In this document: in pieces, positions 43,347 to 52,567 of the stretch
Position numbering within the stretch: position 1 is the stretch's first letter
How the letters are laid out: every line of letters begins with the position of its first letter
Assembly: GCA_963766005.1 (NCBI GenBank)
Contig: CAVXYG010000008.1
Span: forward strand, 193,747 to 257,746
Reading direction: 5' to 3'
DNA from: an uncultured Actinomycetota bacterium
GTDB lineage: Bacteria; Actinomycetota; Actinomycetes; S36-B12; GCA-2699445
DNA: 64,000 nucleotides
The notes under the pieces: generated by a model
What the model was told of the DNA's origin: nothing
What the model saw: only the letters and a program-made list of their open reading frames with translations
Database searches by the model: none
Translations under genes and position numbers: made by a program

Positions 43347-45229
43347 CGAACGGTCTCGGTTCCCTTCTCGGCTCCGGTGGCGATCGCGGTGATGGTCTCT
43401 GCCAGCTCGTCGGCCCGGAACGGCAGTCCGCGGACGCGGTTGACGCCGACGACGTCCACGAGGTACTTCGCTCGAAGCAGCATCGCCAACTGGCCGAGGT
43501 TCATCTCCGGCACGATCACCCGGCGATACCGGCGCAGCACGTCGCCGGTGTTCCTCGGCAGCGGGTTGAGGTGGTGCAGATGGGCTTGCGCGACGGGCAG
43601 GCCCTGCTCGCGCACCAGTGCGCAGGCCGCCGCGATCGGGCCCTCGGTCGATCCCCAGCCGAGGATCAGCACGTCGGCGTCGGCCTGCGGATCGTAGACG
43701 GTCAGTTCCGCCACGGTGTCGGCGATCCCGTCCACCTTCGCCTGACGCAGCCGCACCATGCGTTCATGGTTGTCCGGGTCGTAGGAGATCGTGCCGATGC
43801 CGTCTGCCTTCTCGATCCCGCCGATCCGATGCTCCAGGCCCGGGGTTCCCGGGATCACCCACGGCCGGGCGAGGGTCTCCGGATCGCGCAGATACGGCCA
43901 GAACTCCTCGGTGCCGTCGGCGGCCACGTGGTTCGGCTCGGTGGTGAAGGCCACCTGCAGGTCCGGCAGGTCCGCCACCCGGGGCACCCGCCACGGCTCG
44001 GCGCCGTTGGCCAGATAGCCGTCGGACAGCAGGAAGACCGGAGTGCGGTACGTGGTGGCGATCCGGGCCGCCTCAAGAGCGGCGTCGAAGCAGCCGGCAG
44101 GGGTGCTGGGCGCGACGATGGGGACCGGGGCCTCCCCGTTGCGCCCGAACATCGCCTGCAGCAGGTCTGCCTGCTCGGTCTTGGTCGGCAGTCCGGTGGA
44201 GGGGCCGCCGCGCTGCACGTCGATGATGACCAGCGGCAGTTCCAGGGCCACCGCCAGGCCGATGGTCTCCGACTTCAGCGCGATCCCGGGCCCGGAGGTC
44301 GTCGTCACGCCCAGGGCGCCGCCGTAGGCAGCTCCCAGCGCGGCCCCGACACCGGCGATCTCGTCCTCGGCCTGGAAGGTCGTGACGTCGAACGCCTTGT
44401 GCTTGGCGAGCTCGTGCAGGATGTCGCTGGCAGGCGTGATCGGGTAGGTGCCGAGGAACACCGGCAACCCGGTCTGCCGGCCAGCCGCGACGAGGCCGTA
44501 GGCCAGGGCGGTGTTGCCGGTGATGTTGCGGTACGTGCCCGGCGGGAGCTTCGCGGGCCGCACCTGGTACCGCACGGAGAAGGTCTCTGTGGTCTCGCCG
44601 TAGTTCCAGCCCGCATCGAGGGCGGCGACGTTCGCGGCCAGGATCGCCGGCTTGGCGCCGAACTTCTCGTGCAGGAACGCCTTCGTGGCATCGGTGGGGC
44701 GGTGGTAGAGCCACGACAGCAGGCCGAGGGCGAACATGTTCTTCGCCCGGGCGGCCTCCTTCTTGGTGATGTCGAAGTCGCGCAGGGCCTCGATCGTGAT
44801 GGAGGTCAGGGCTACCGGGTGCACCCGGTAGCCCTCGAGGCTGCCGTCCTCCAGCGGGTTCCCCCCGTAGCCCACCTTGGCGACGGCGCGGGGCGTGAAC
44901 TCGTCGGTGTTGACAATGATCTCTCCGCCGCGGCGGAGGTTGGCGAGGTTGGCCTTGAGCGCTGCTGGGTTCATCGCGACCAGGACGTCGGCGGCGTCGC
45001 CCGGTGTGGTGATCGCATGATCAGCGAAGTGCAGCTGGAACGCCGACACGCCCGGCAGGGTGCCAGCCGGGGCCCGAATCTCGGCAGGGAAGTCCGGCAA
45101 CGTCGACAGATCGTTGCCGAACGCGGCGGTGGCCGAAGTGAACCGGTCCCCGGTCAGCTGCATACCATCGCCGGAATCGCCAGCGAACCGGATGATGACA
45201 TCGTCGCGCTGAATCAGTTGTTTGGCCAC
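43343..45229 (-). CDS. korA: 2-oxoacid:ferredoxin oxidoreductase alpha subunit
   Basis: RFAGDSGDGMQLTG, YPITPAS, QAEDEI, QRGGPSTG. Confidence 0.95.
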   Translation of the reverse strand: MAKQLIQRDDVIIRFAGDSGDGMQLTGDRFTSATAAFGNDLSTLPDFPAEIRAPAGTLPGVSAFQLHFADHAITTPGDAADVLVAMNPAALKANLANLRRGGEIIVNTDEFTPRAVAKVGYGGNPLEDGSLEGYRVHPVALTSITIEALRDFDITKKEAARAKNMFALGLLSWLYHRPTDATKAFLHEKFGAKPAILAANVAALDAGWNYGETTETFSVRYQVRPAKLPPGTYRNITGNTALAYGLVAAGRQTGLPVFLGTYPITPASDILHELAKHKAFDVTTFQAEDEIAGVGAALGAAYGGALGVTTTSGPGIALKSETIGLAVALELPLVIIDVQRGGPSTGLPTKTEQADLLQAMFGRNGEAPVPIVAPSTPAGCFDAALEAARIATTYRTPVFLLSDGYLANGAEPWRVPRVADLPDLQVAFTTEPNHVAADGTEEFWPYLRDPETLARPWVIPGTPGLEHRIGGIEKADGIGTISYDPDNHERMVRLRQAKVDGIADTVAELTVYDPQADADVLILGWGSTEGPIAAACALVREQGLPVAQAHLHHLNPLPRNTGDVLRRYRRVIVPEMNLGQLAMLLRAKYLVDVVGVNRVRGLPFRADELAETITAIATGAEKGTETVR

Positions 45230-45484
45230 GCCGTCTGCCTCGCCTCGCCGTCCCGCGGACGTCGTCCGGAGCCATCCGCGGTTGATCATCGTCGATCGGG
45301 CCGCGTCGCAGCGGCACCTCTTCGGACTAGTGTCCCCCGCAATGTCAAGGAGCGCAGCACCGGGTGGACAGCGTGTTGCGCTCTGCCCACGACGACGGCA
45401 TCCGGGCGGCTGGTCGTCCGCGGTCGCTGGTCGGCGCAGGATAGGCAACGCGGCGGGCCGGCCCTCACCGGCGGGCGCGGAGCC

Positions 45485-45976
45485 CTATCGGTAGTTCGTG
45501 AACTGCACGGCGAAGTCGAGGTCGCTGCCCTTGACCAGGGCGATCACGGCCTGCAGCTGGTCGCGGCTCTTGCTCGAGACGCGCAACTCGTCGCCCTGGA
45601 TCTGGGTCTTCACCCCCTTGGGTCCTTCGTCCCGGATGATCTTGGCGACCTGCTTCGCCTGCTCGGAGGTCAAGCCGGACTGGAAGGAACCGGTGATCCG
45701 GTATTCCTTGCCCGAGGCTTTCGGGTCCTGGGCGGTCAGCGCTTTCAGGCTGACGCCCCGCTTGACGAGTTTGCCCTGGAAGACGTCGAGCACAGCCCGC
45801 ACGCGTTCCTCGCTCGTGGCGCTCAGTACGACGTCGAGCTCGCCGGCCCAGGCGATGCTCGCTTGGGTGCCCTTGAAGTCGTAGCGCTGGCCGATCTCCT
45901 TCGCGGTCTGGTTCAGCGCGTTGTCGACCTCCTGCCGCTCGACCTTGCTCACGATGTCGAAACTGCTGTCAGCCAT
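45485..45976 (-). CDS. yajQ: YajQ-family nucleotide-binding protein
   Basis: [32 protein letters not shown]. Confidence 0.95.
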   Translation of the reverse strand: MADSSFDIVSKVERQEVDNALNQTAKEIGQRYDFKGTQASIAWAGELDVVLSATSEERVRAVLDVFQGKLVKRGVSLKALTAQDPKASGKEYRITGSFQSGLTSEQAKQVAKIIRDEGPKGVKTQIQGDELRVSSKSRDQLQAVIALVKGSDLDFAVQFTNYR

Positions 45977-46071
45977 CTTGCTCCCTCCGGTGGCATTCGT
46001 GTTCCGCCTGGTTCGCTGTGTATCCTTGCCTACGTCCCGATGCGGCGCCGCAGGCGGTCGCTTCGGAGCAC

Positions 46072-46157
46072 GGCAGGTTGCCCGAGCGGCCAAAGGGAAC
46101 GGTCTGTAAAACCGTCGGCTTATGCCTACGTTGGTTCGAACCCAACACCTGCCACCA
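46072..46157 (+). tRNA. tRNA-Tyr(GTA)
   Basis: Cloverleaf, CTGTAAA loop, long variable arm, GTTCGAA T-loop, encoded CCA. Confidence 0.96.
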
Positions 46158-46225
46158 TCGCGATTTCGCAACTGCTGCGACCCGCTAGTACTCTGGGGTG
46201 GCTCGGCGCGGAAGCGCGGAGCACT

Positions 46226-46298
46226 GCCCCAATAGCTCAGTCGGCAGAGCGTCTCCATGGTAAGGAGAAGGTCTACGGTTCGATTCCGTATTGGGGCT
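46226..46298 (+). tRNA. tRNA-Thr(GGT)
   Basis: GCCCCAA/TTGGGGC acceptor stem, ATGGTAA loop, GTTCGAT T-loop. Confidence 0.95.
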
Positions 46299-46327
46299 CG
46301 AGGGCCGCGGCGTATCCGCGGTCACTG

Positions 46328-46401
46328 GGCGGGGTAGCTCAGCCTGGCAGAGCAAGCGGCTCATAATCGCTGTGTCGCGGGTTCAAGTCCCGCCCCCGCT
46401 A
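46328..46401 (+). tRNA. tRNA-Met(CAT), probably elongator
   Basis: GGCGGGG/CCCCGCT acceptor stem, CTCATAA loop, GTTCAAG T-loop. Confidence 0.93.
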
Positions 46402-46455
46402 CCGTAGTCGCGGCATCCGTCCGGCCGCGGACCGATCGAACCGAGAGGTACTGCC

Positions 46456-46623
46456 ATGGCCAAGGCGTCGGATATCAGGCCCAAGATCACCCTGGCCTGC
46501 CCGGAGTGCAAGAACCGCAACTACATCACCAAGAAGAACCGTCGGAACAACCCCGACCGCTTGGAGTTGTCCAAGCACTGCCCGACGTGCAACAAGCACA
46601 CGCCACACAAAGAGACCCGCTAG
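46456..46623 (+). CDS. rpmG: 50S ribosomal protein L33 (Zn-ribbon C+ form)
   Basis: Manual translation [55 protein letters not shown]; too short for the ORF track. Confidence 0.97.
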   Translation: MAKASDIRPKITLACPECKNRNYITKKNRRNNPDRLELSKHCPTCNKHTPHKETR

Positions 46624-46641
46624 GACCGCACCCTGGCACAT

Positions 46642-46676
46642 CGGGCTGTCCTGCTGTACCGGCGGGCAGCCCGTTT
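46642..46676 (+). terminator. probable intrinsic terminator after rpmG
   Basis: CGGGCTGTC...GGCAGCCCG stem followed by TTT. Confidence 0.6.
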
Positions 46677-46989
46677 GCATGCCCGGGATCCCCGTCCGGG
46701 TGGGATGACCGGCACCCCCGTCGGTGATCTCGGAGCCGAGGCTGGACGGGCTGGTCCCGTCTGCGGGTCGGTGTCCCGACGGCTCATGTGCCGCGCGCGC
46801 TGTCGATCCGATCTGCCAGGTCGAGGATCCCGGGCTTGCCCTGGACGCTCGGTAGCGCCAGGCGCCGAGACCGCATCGCGTCGGCCGCGCCGGCAGGAGG
46901 GCCCAAGGCCGATTGGAGCCCGCGACTCGAGGGCTGCGGGCCATGGGCTAGGTTCCCTGTGTCCGGTGACGACGCGGGAGGCAACTGGC

Positions 46990-47799
46990 ATGGGGCGTTT
47001 CGAGGATCGGGTGGCCATCGTGACCGGTGCCGGTCGCGGCATCGGCGCGGCGACGGCGCGGCGGCTCGCGGCCGAGGGTGCCGCGGTCGTCGTCAACGAC
47101 ATTGATGCATCCCCGGCGGTGGAGACCGCGCAGGCCATCGCTGCGGCGGGCGGGCGCGCGGCCCCGGTCGTGGCGAATACCGTCGATTTCGCCGAGGCGG
47201 AGCGCCTCGTCGCGGCTGCCGTCGAGGAGTTCGGCCAGCTCGACATCGTCGTGAACAACGCCGGCACCACGCGCGACAAGATGTTCCACGGGCTGACCGA
47301 CGAACTGTTCGACTTGGTCGTCGATGCCAATCTGCGCACCGCGTTCCACACGACAAGGGCCGCGATGCCGTACCTGCGCGACGTCGCCAAGCAGGAGATG
47401 GCCGAGCACGGCGCACCGCGCTACCAGCGCAAGATCGTCTTCACCTCCAGCGTGGCAGCCCTCATGGGCAATCCCGGCCAGTTCAACTACACCGCGGCCA
47501 AGGGCGGGCTGATCGCCGTCACGAAGACGCTGGCCCGCGAGCTCGGACCGTTCGGCATCAACGTCAACGCCGTTGCTCCAGGCTTCGTGGAGACCAGGTT
47601 GACCCAGGCCAAGGCCGCTGGTGACGACTACGGCATCCCGGAGCAGATGCGTGCGATGGCGCGGGCGATGATCTCCCTTGGCCGGTTGGGCGTGCCGGAG
47701 GACATCGCGGCCGTCACCGCCTTCCTGTGCAGCGCCGACGCCGACTTCGTCTCCGGTGTGACCATCCCCGTGACCGGCGGCCAACTGGGGGGCATGTAG
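46990..47799 (+). CDS. SDR oxidoreductase (FabG-like)
   Basis: TGAGRGIG, NNAG, YTAAK, NAVAPGF. Confidence 0.92.
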   Translation: MGRFEDRVAIVTGAGRGIGAATARRLAAEGAAVVVNDIDASPAVETAQAIAAAGGRAAPVVANTVDFAEAERLVAAAVEEFGQLDIVVNNAGTTRDKMFHGLTDELFDLVVDANLRTAFHTTRAAMPYLRDVAKQEMAEHGAPRYQRKIVFTSSVAALMGNPGQFNYTAAKGGLIAVTKTLARELGPFGINVNAVAPGFVETRLTQAKAAGDDYGIPEQMRAMARAMISLGRLGVPEDIAAVTAFLCSADADFVSGVTIPVTGGQLGGM

Positions 47800-47804
47800 C
47801 CACG

Positions 47805-48257
47805 ATGAACCGTGCCTTGATCGGCAAGAAGTACCCGGCGGCCGAGCCCTACCTGGTGGGACGCGAGGCCGTTCGCGCCTTCGCGACGGCGGTGGGGGAG
47901 CGCAGCCCGCTGTGCCACGACGTCGCCGCGGCGCGCAGCGCGGGCTACCGCGACGTCGTAGCGCCGCCGACCTTTGCCTTCGTCATCACCATGCGGGCGA
48001 TGAACGAGGCGATGTTCGACCCCGACCTCGAACTGGACTACGCCATGGCCGTGCACGGCGAGCAGCACTTCCGCTACCACCGCCCGATCGTCGCCGGTGA
48101 TGCCATCACCGTGACGTGCACGCTGGTCGATATCGCAGTGCGCGGCAGCAACGAGGTGCTGACCACCCGCTCGCAACTCGTCGATGCCGAGGGAGCCCCG
48201 GTGGTCACGACGAGCGAGGTCATCCTCACGCGGGGCACCGCGGGGGCAAGGCGGTGA
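47805..48257 (+). CDS. MaoC/hotdog dehydratase N-terminal subunit (HadA-like)
   Basis: VGREAVRAFA, APPTF, VHGEQHF..RPIVAGD. Confidence 0.88.
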   Translation: MNRALIGKKYPAAEPYLVGREAVRAFATAVGERSPLCHDVAAARSAGYRDVVAPPTFAFVITMRAMNEAMFDPDLELDYAMAVHGEQHFRYHRPIVAGDAITVTCTLVDIAVRGSNEVLTTRSQLVDAEGAPVVTTSEVILTRGTAGARR

Positions 48258-48661
48258 AGGTCGGCGATGCACTCGGCGTGCGGGAGTTCTCGGTGACCCT
48301 GCCGGACCTGGTGCGCTACGCCGGTGCCGGCGGCGACTTCAACCCCATCCACTGGAACCGGCGGGTCGCGCAGTCGGTCGGGCTGCCCGACGTGATCGCG
48401 CACGGCATGCTCACGATGGCGCAGGTGGCGCGCTACGTCACCGACTGGGCCGGCGACCCGACGGCGCTGGAGTCCTTCAACGGCCGGTTCAGCGCCCCCG
48501 TGGTCGTGCGGGATGACGGCACGGGTGCCACGGTGGCCGTCGCCGGCAGCATCGTCGCGATCGGGGAAGGCAGCGTCACGCTGGCCCTGTCCGCAACGTC
48601 CGCTGGTGTCGCGGTCTTGCAGGACGCGCAGGCCGTCGTCCGCGCGAACACCGGCAGCTGA
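48254..48661 (+). CDS. MaoC-family dehydratase (HadB-like)
   Basis: YAGAGGDFNPIH hydratase-2 motif, IAHGM. Confidence 0.9.
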   Translation: MKVGDALGVREFSVTLPDLVRYAGAGGDFNPIHWNRRVAQSVGLPDVIAHGMLTMAQVARYVTDWAGDPTALESFNGRFSAPVVVRDDGTGATVAVAGSIVAIGEGSVTLALSATSAGVAVLQDAQAVVRANTGS

Positions 48662-48740
48662 GCGCGCAGCACCCCCCGGGAATCGCAGTCTCCTGTCGTT
48701 CAGCGGGAGGCGCGGCGCGCTGCACCCTAGGCTGATCTCG

Positions 48741-49763
48741 ATGGACGAGACCCGATTGGCCGACTACACCACGCTGCATGTCGGCGGCCCGGCGCGCGAG
48801 TTCCGGACCGTCACAGACGAGGCCGGTCTGGTCTCCGCGGTGCGCGACGCCGACGCCGCCGGGATCCCCCTGCTGCTGCTCGGCGGCGGCAGCAACCTGC
48901 TCATCGCGGACGCGGGCTTCGACGGCCTCGTGCTGAAGATCGATGTGCGAGGGGTCGACGCGGGCGTCATGTGCGGGGCCGGCCGCGTCGAAGCAGCCGC
49001 CGGCGAAGCCTGGGACCCCTTCGTCGCCCGGCTGATCCAGGAGGGGTACGCCGGTGCGGAGGCGCTATCGGGAATTCCGGGATCGGTCGGCGCGACGCCG
49101 ATCCAGAACGTCGGGGCCTACGGCCAGGACATCTCCCAGATCCTCGACCGGGTCCGAGTCCTCGACCGAGCGGACGGCACCGTCATCGACTTCACTGCCG
49201 CCGAGTGCGGCTTCGGCTACCGCGACAGCAGGTTCAAGCGGGACCCCGGGCGATACGTGGTCCTCTCGGTGGTGTTCGAGATGCCCCGATCCAAGCATTC
49301 CCGGCCGATCCGCTACGGCGAACTCGCGCGCACGGTCAACGTCGGCGTCGGCGATCGAGCCGGCCTGCAAGAGGTGCGCGACGCGGTGCTCAACCTGCGG
49401 CGCGGCAAGGGCATGGTCATCGATCCGGCGGATCATGACACGTGGAGCGCAGGATCGTTCTTCACCAATCCCATCGTTGCGGCGGATCTGGTGCCCGATG
49501 ATGCGCCAGGCTTCCCGACCGGCGACGGCCGCCTGAAGGTCTCTGCCGCCTGGCTGATCGAGCATTCCGGCTTCGGGAAGGGCTTCGGCGATGGTGCGGC
49601 TCGCATCTCGACCAAGCACTCGCTGGCCCTGACCAACCGGGGCGGGGCCACAGCGGCCGACGTGCTCGCGCTGGCCCGGCAGGTCCGCGACGGAGTCCGA
49701 GAGAGTACGGGCATCACGCTGGTTCCGGAACCGGTCCTCGTGGGCTGCAGCCTGGACGGGTGA
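48741..49763 (+). CDS. murB: UDP-N-acetylenolpyruvoylglucosamine reductase
   Basis: TTLHVGGPA, GGGSNL, GIPGSVG..QNVGAYG, AGSFFTNP, KHSLAL; TAGGCT 7 nt before the ATG. Confidence 0.96.
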   Translation: MDETRLADYTTLHVGGPAREFRTVTDEAGLVSAVRDADAAGIPLLLLGGGSNLLIADAGFDGLVLKIDVRGVDAGVMCGAGRVEAAAGEAWDPFVARLIQEGYAGAEALSGIPGSVGATPIQNVGAYGQDISQILDRVRVLDRADGTVIDFTAAECGFGYRDSRFKRDPGRYVVLSVVFEMPRSKHSRPIRYGELARTVNVGVGDRAGLQEVRDAVLNLRRGKGMVIDPADHDTWSAGSFFTNPIVAADLVPDDAPGFPTGDGRLKVSAAWLIEHSGFGKGFGDGAARISTKHSLALTNRGGATAADVLALARQVRDGVRESTGITLVPEPVLVGCSLDG

Positions 49764-49876
49764 GGCGGCCGCACAGACCGAGGGCGCGAGCTCCGTCCGC
49801 GCTCATTGCGGGAACATCGGTCGCGGCTCGCGCCCCGGCGGCGCGTACCGGCGCGCGGTAGGCCCAAGGTGGCTCC

Positions 49877-50686
49877 GTGAGCATCGCTGCTGATGTCGTC
49901 GACCGCACGCTGGTCGTCACGATCGACCGCCCGCACCGGCGCAACGCGGTGGACCGGGCGACGGCCGAAGCGCTCTCCGACGCGTTCGCCGGCCTCGACG
50001 CCGATGACCGTTGCGGCGTCGCCGTCCTCACCGGTGCCGACGGCACGCTCTGCTCCGGCGCCGATCTCGTGGCGATCGCCGAGGGCGACCCCAACGAGGT
50101 GTCCGCGCCGTCGCAGATGGTGGGCAGTCGCGCCCCGATGGGTCCGACCCGACTGGCCCTGGCGAAGCCCGTCATCGCCGCTGTGGAGGGCCACGCCGTG
50201 GCAGGCGGTCTGGAACTGGCGCTGTGGTGCGACCGGCGCGTCGCCGCCGCCGACGCCGTGTTCGGCGTCTTCAGCCGCCGCTGGGGCGTGCCGCTCATCG
50301 ACGGGGGGTCGGTGCGCTGCGGCTTATCGGGCACGGGTGGGCCGTGGACCTCATGCTGACCGGACGCCCCGTCGACGCACGGGGAGGCCCGGCAGATCGG
50401 ATTGGTGCATCGCGTGGTCGAGCCGGCAACAGCCCTGTCAGCCGCACTGGAGCTCGCGCGGACGATCGCTGCGTTCCCCCAGACGTGCCTGCGCCAGGAT
50501 CTGGCCGCGGCCAGGGAGGGGCGGGCCCTGCAGTTCGACGTCTCCCGGTACCGGGAGACCACCGGTGGCCGCGCAGTGCTGGAGTCGGGGGAGGCCGCTG
50601 CCGGGGCGCGCCGATTCGCCGGAGGCGCCGGTCGACACGGAGCCCAGCGTGAGGTGGATCCTGTCGGCGAGGCAGGCCGCCGTTGA
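49877..50686 (+). pseudogene. crotonase/enoyl-CoA hydratase interrupted by two compensating frameshifts (or assembly errors)
   Basis: RNAVD, CSGADL, AGGLELALWCD, WGVPLIDGG; then RLIG..DLMLTGRPV in another frame; then GLVHRVV..FAGGAGRHG back in the first frame. TGA at 50357-50359. Confidence 0.8.
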
Positions 50687-50726
50687 GCGCACATGCCCCC
50701 GGCGCAGCGGGGGAGGACGCGCCGCG

Positions 50727-51935
50727 CTACTCGGCCTCGTGCAGCAGGGACGCGATGCGCTCCACTCCTTCAACGAGATCGTCGTCGCCGAGCGCATAGG
50801 ACAGGCGCAAGTAGCCGGGTGTCCCGAACGCCTCCCCGGGGACGACCGCCACCTCGACCTCGTCGAGGATCAGCGCCGCCAGGTCGCCAGACGACTGCGG
50901 GACCAGGCCCCGGATCGACCTGCCCAGGACGTCCTTCACCGAGGGGTAGGCGTAGAAGGCGCCCTCGGGCTCCGGGCAGGACACACCCGGAATCGCGTTC
51001 AAGAGGTCCGTCATGGTCCGTCGGCGCCGGTCGAAGGCCTCGCGCATCATCGAGACCGCGGTGAGATCGCCGCTGACCGCGGCCAGCGCCGCCCGCTGCG
51101 CCACGTTGCACACGTTGCTCGTGGCGTGGGACTGCAGGTTCCCGGCGGCCTTGACGACGTCGGTGGGACCGATGAGCCAGCCCACGCGCCAGCCCGTCAT
51201 CGCGTACGTCTTGGCGACGCCGTTGACCACGACGCAGCGGTCGGCCAGCGCCGGGACCAGTGCGGGCATCGACGCGAACTCGGCATCGCCGTAGACCAGG
51301 TGCTCGTAGATCTCGTCAGTGATGACCCAGAGCCCCCGCTCGACCGCCCACTGCCCGATCGCCTCCACCTCTGCCGGGGAGTACACGGCCCCGGTCGGGT
51401 TCGAGGGTGAGACGAACATGAGCAGTTTGGTGCGGTCGGTGACGTACTCGTCGAGTTGCGCCGGGGACGTCCGGTAGCCGGTGGTCTCGTCGGTCGGCAC
51501 GATGACCGGCGACCCGCCGGCCAGCGCGATTGCCTCCGGGTAGGTGGTCCAGTACGGCGAGGGCAGGAGCACCTCGTCGCCCGGGTCGAGCAGTGTCGCG
51601 CAGGCGTTGTAGATCGCCTGCTTGCCGCCGTTGGTGATGAGCACTCGGCCCGGGGAGACCTCTAGCCCGGAGTCGCGCAGGGTCTTCTCGGCCACCGCCT
51701 CCCGCAGCGAGGGCAGCCCCGCCGCCGGGGAGTAGCGGTGCATGGCAGGTTCGGAGCACGCCGCGATCGCCGCGTCGACGATGTACTGCGGCGTGGGGAA
51801 GTCCGGCTCGCCTGCGCCGAAGCCGATCACGGGGCGGCCGGCGGACTTCAGGGCCTTGGCCTTGGCGTCCACCGCCAAGGTGGCGGATTCAGCAATGGAA
51901 CCGATGCGGCGCGAGATCCTGGCAGTGGTCGTCAT
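50727..51935 (-). CDS. PLP-dependent class I (aspartate) aminotransferase
   Basis: [35 protein letters not shown]. Confidence 0.95.
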   Translation of the reverse strand: MTTTARISRRIGSIAESATLAVDAKAKALKSAGRPVIGFGAGEPDFPTPQYIVDAAIAACSEPAMHRYSPAAGLPSLREAVAEKTLRDSGLEVSPGRVLITNGGKQAIYNACATLLDPGDEVLLPSPYWTTYPEAIALAGGSPVIVPTDETTGYRTSPAQLDEYVTDRTKLLMFVSPSNPTGAVYSPAEVEAIGQWAVERGLWVITDEIYEHLVYGDAEFASMPALVPALADRCVVVNGVAKTYAMTGWRVGWLIGPTDVVKAAGNLQSHATSNVCNVAQRAALAAVSGDLTAVSMMREAFDRRRRTMTDLLNAIPGVSCPEPEGAFYAYPSVKDVLGRSIRGLVPQSSGDLAALILDEVEVAVVPGEAFGTPGYLRLSYALGDDDLVEGVERIASLLHEAE

Positions 51936-52096
51936 GCTGCACATTGTGGCAAAGCGCGCGGCTCCCCGTGCGTGCCGTGCCGAGGGGGATTGGACCGCCG
52001 TCGCCGGATTCCCCTACACTGGCGCGAAGGTATCGGTTGCTTCGCCGTGCTCTCAGATGGGTCACTCCTTCTGGACGCAGGTGCGCCGCCGCTCCT

Positions 52097-52169
52097 AGGG
52101 TCGTAGCTCAATTGGTAGAGCACCGGTCTCCAAAACCGGCGGTTGGGGGTTCAAGTCCCTCCGGCCCTG
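52097..52169 (+). tRNA. tRNA-Trp(CCA)
   Basis: Cloverleaf with CTCCAAA loop; canonical position before secE. Confidence 0.96.
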
Positions 52170-52261
52170 CGCGTCTCGGCGCCGCGAACAGCGGGTGCTG
52201 AGACGGTCCGTCGCGTTGCATTGCGGCGGGACGGCATGAATTCGAGCGAGGCGGAGGATAC

Positions 52262-52528
52262 GTGAGCGATACCAGTACGCACTCCTCGGGTTCCTCCGGG
52301 TCGGGCAAGGGTCCGTCGAAGAAGGACCAGCCCGGTATCTTCGCCCGGATCTCGCTGTTCATCCGCGAGGTGATCGCGGAACTGCGCAAGGTCATTTGGC
52401 CGACCCGCAAGGAACTGGTCACCTACACGGCCGTCGTGATCGTGTTCGTGTTGGTCATGGCGGGCATCGTGCAACTCTTTGACTTCCTGTTCTCGCAGGG
52501 GGTACTCGCCGTGTTCGGCAGCGACTAG
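52262..52528 (+). CDS. secE: preprotein translocase SecE
   Basis: ELRKVIWPTRKE plus one transmembrane segment. Confidence 0.95.
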   Translation: MSDTSTHSSGSSGSGKGPSKKDQPGIFARISLFIREVIAELRKVIWPTRKELVTYTAVVIVFVLVMAGIVQLFDFLFSQGVLAVFGSD

Positions 52529-52567
52529 CAGTCGGCCACCCGCAGGAACGTAAGGACTGGATTCACT

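Noticed and set aside
45325-45348. Perfect TTGACA (-35, minus strand) upstream of korA
   Set aside because: No convincing -10 box at 16-18 bp spacing, so no promoter was called.
43571-46366. 931-aa plus-strand ORF
   Set aside because: Antisense to korA and yajQ and runs across tRNA genes.
46072-46401. tRNA-targeted integrative element
   Set aside because: No integrase and no duplicated tRNA 3' end noticed; flanks are the usual core genes.
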